From an uncultured Nitrospiraceae bacterium (GTDB lineage Bacteria; Nitrospirota; Thermodesulfovibrionia; Thermodesulfovibrionales; Dissulfurispiraceae), in contig CAVPIW010000014.1 of the NCBI GenBank assembly GCA_963705105.1, positions 96,001 through 160,000 on the forward strand: a stretch of DNA of 64,000 nt, written 5' to 3'. The translations under genes and the position numbers were made by a program. The first letter of the stretch is position 1; the number at the start of each line of letters is the position of its first letter. Below the pieces are notes generated by a model. The model did not search any database. It worked only from the letters and a program-made list of their open reading frames with translations, and had not been told where the DNA came from. Below, piece by piece: positions 63,633 through 64,000 of the stretch.

Positions 63633-64000
63633 TTACTTCTGCTCCCCTCCGTATAATTCCTTGACCTTCACCCTGTCAGGAGAGCCGTCGGGGCGGAGAG
63701 GCATTTTTTCGACGAACTGGACGTACTGGGGCTTTTTGTAGCTGGCGATCTTCGACGCCACGAACTTGGCCAGGTCCGCGGCGTTCAAGTCCGTCCCCGC
63801 CCTTAGCGTGCAGACAGCCTTGATCCCTTCCTTCCACTTCGGGTCCGGCACACCGATCACCACGCATTTATCGACGGCCGGGTGCTGGAGTATCGCATTC
63901 TCCACTTCGGCGGGATAGACGTTCTCTCCTCCGGGCTTGATAAGCTCTTTTTCCGCCTTGCGCCCGGCATACCAGAGGAAGCCGTCCCCGTCGAGCCTCC
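63633..64000 (-). CDS. AMP-binding acyl-CoA synthetase, C-terminal part (runs off the window)
   Basis: ELIKPGGENVYPAEVENAILQHPAV, IGVPDPKW.E, ASYKKP. Confidence 0.88.
   Translation of the reverse strand, partial: RLDGDGFLWYAGRKAEKELIKPGGENVYPAEVENAILQHPAVDKCVVIGVPDPKWKEGIKAVCTLRAGTDLNAADLAKFVASKIASYKKPQYVQFVEKMPLRPDGSPDRVKVKELYGGEQK

Overview
This is a GC-rich bacterial chromosomal window. The gene content suggests an anaerobic Nitrospirota/Desulfobacterota-like lineage (inference only). It carries housekeeping and metabolic genes (mutY-like, tupAABC, rpsU, cysM/K, gap-pgk, speD-speE, selA, serA, purA, a thiolase/acyl-CoA dehydrogenase/hbd/crt operon). It also has an octaheme HAO-family cytochrome, a sigma54-controlled USP/rhodanese/YeiH cluster, and a LysM-FecR plus CHASE2-HD-GYP pair bracketed by two parS sites. 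The most striking signal is non-coding. About 19 copies (roughly 4 kb) of one non-autonomous MITE-like family fill the intergenic spaces. They have 13-bp terminal inverted repeats (CCTTATCGTTGCA-like), sub-terminal AAAGGCGGGGCG inverted repeats and 4-bp target duplications (11 exact). Their interiors are combinatorial mosaics: three left arms and two right arms occur in all six combinations. They carry other repeat families (GTAG REPs, a 168-bp inverted-repeat element, 6- and 7-mer tandem tracts) and nest inside each other and inside a third palindromic element. No transposase, CRISPR array, rRNA or tRNA was recognised. Six single-base frameshifts in otherwise intact genes are probably sequencing errors. 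All assignments come from manual reading of motifs; no database search was run.
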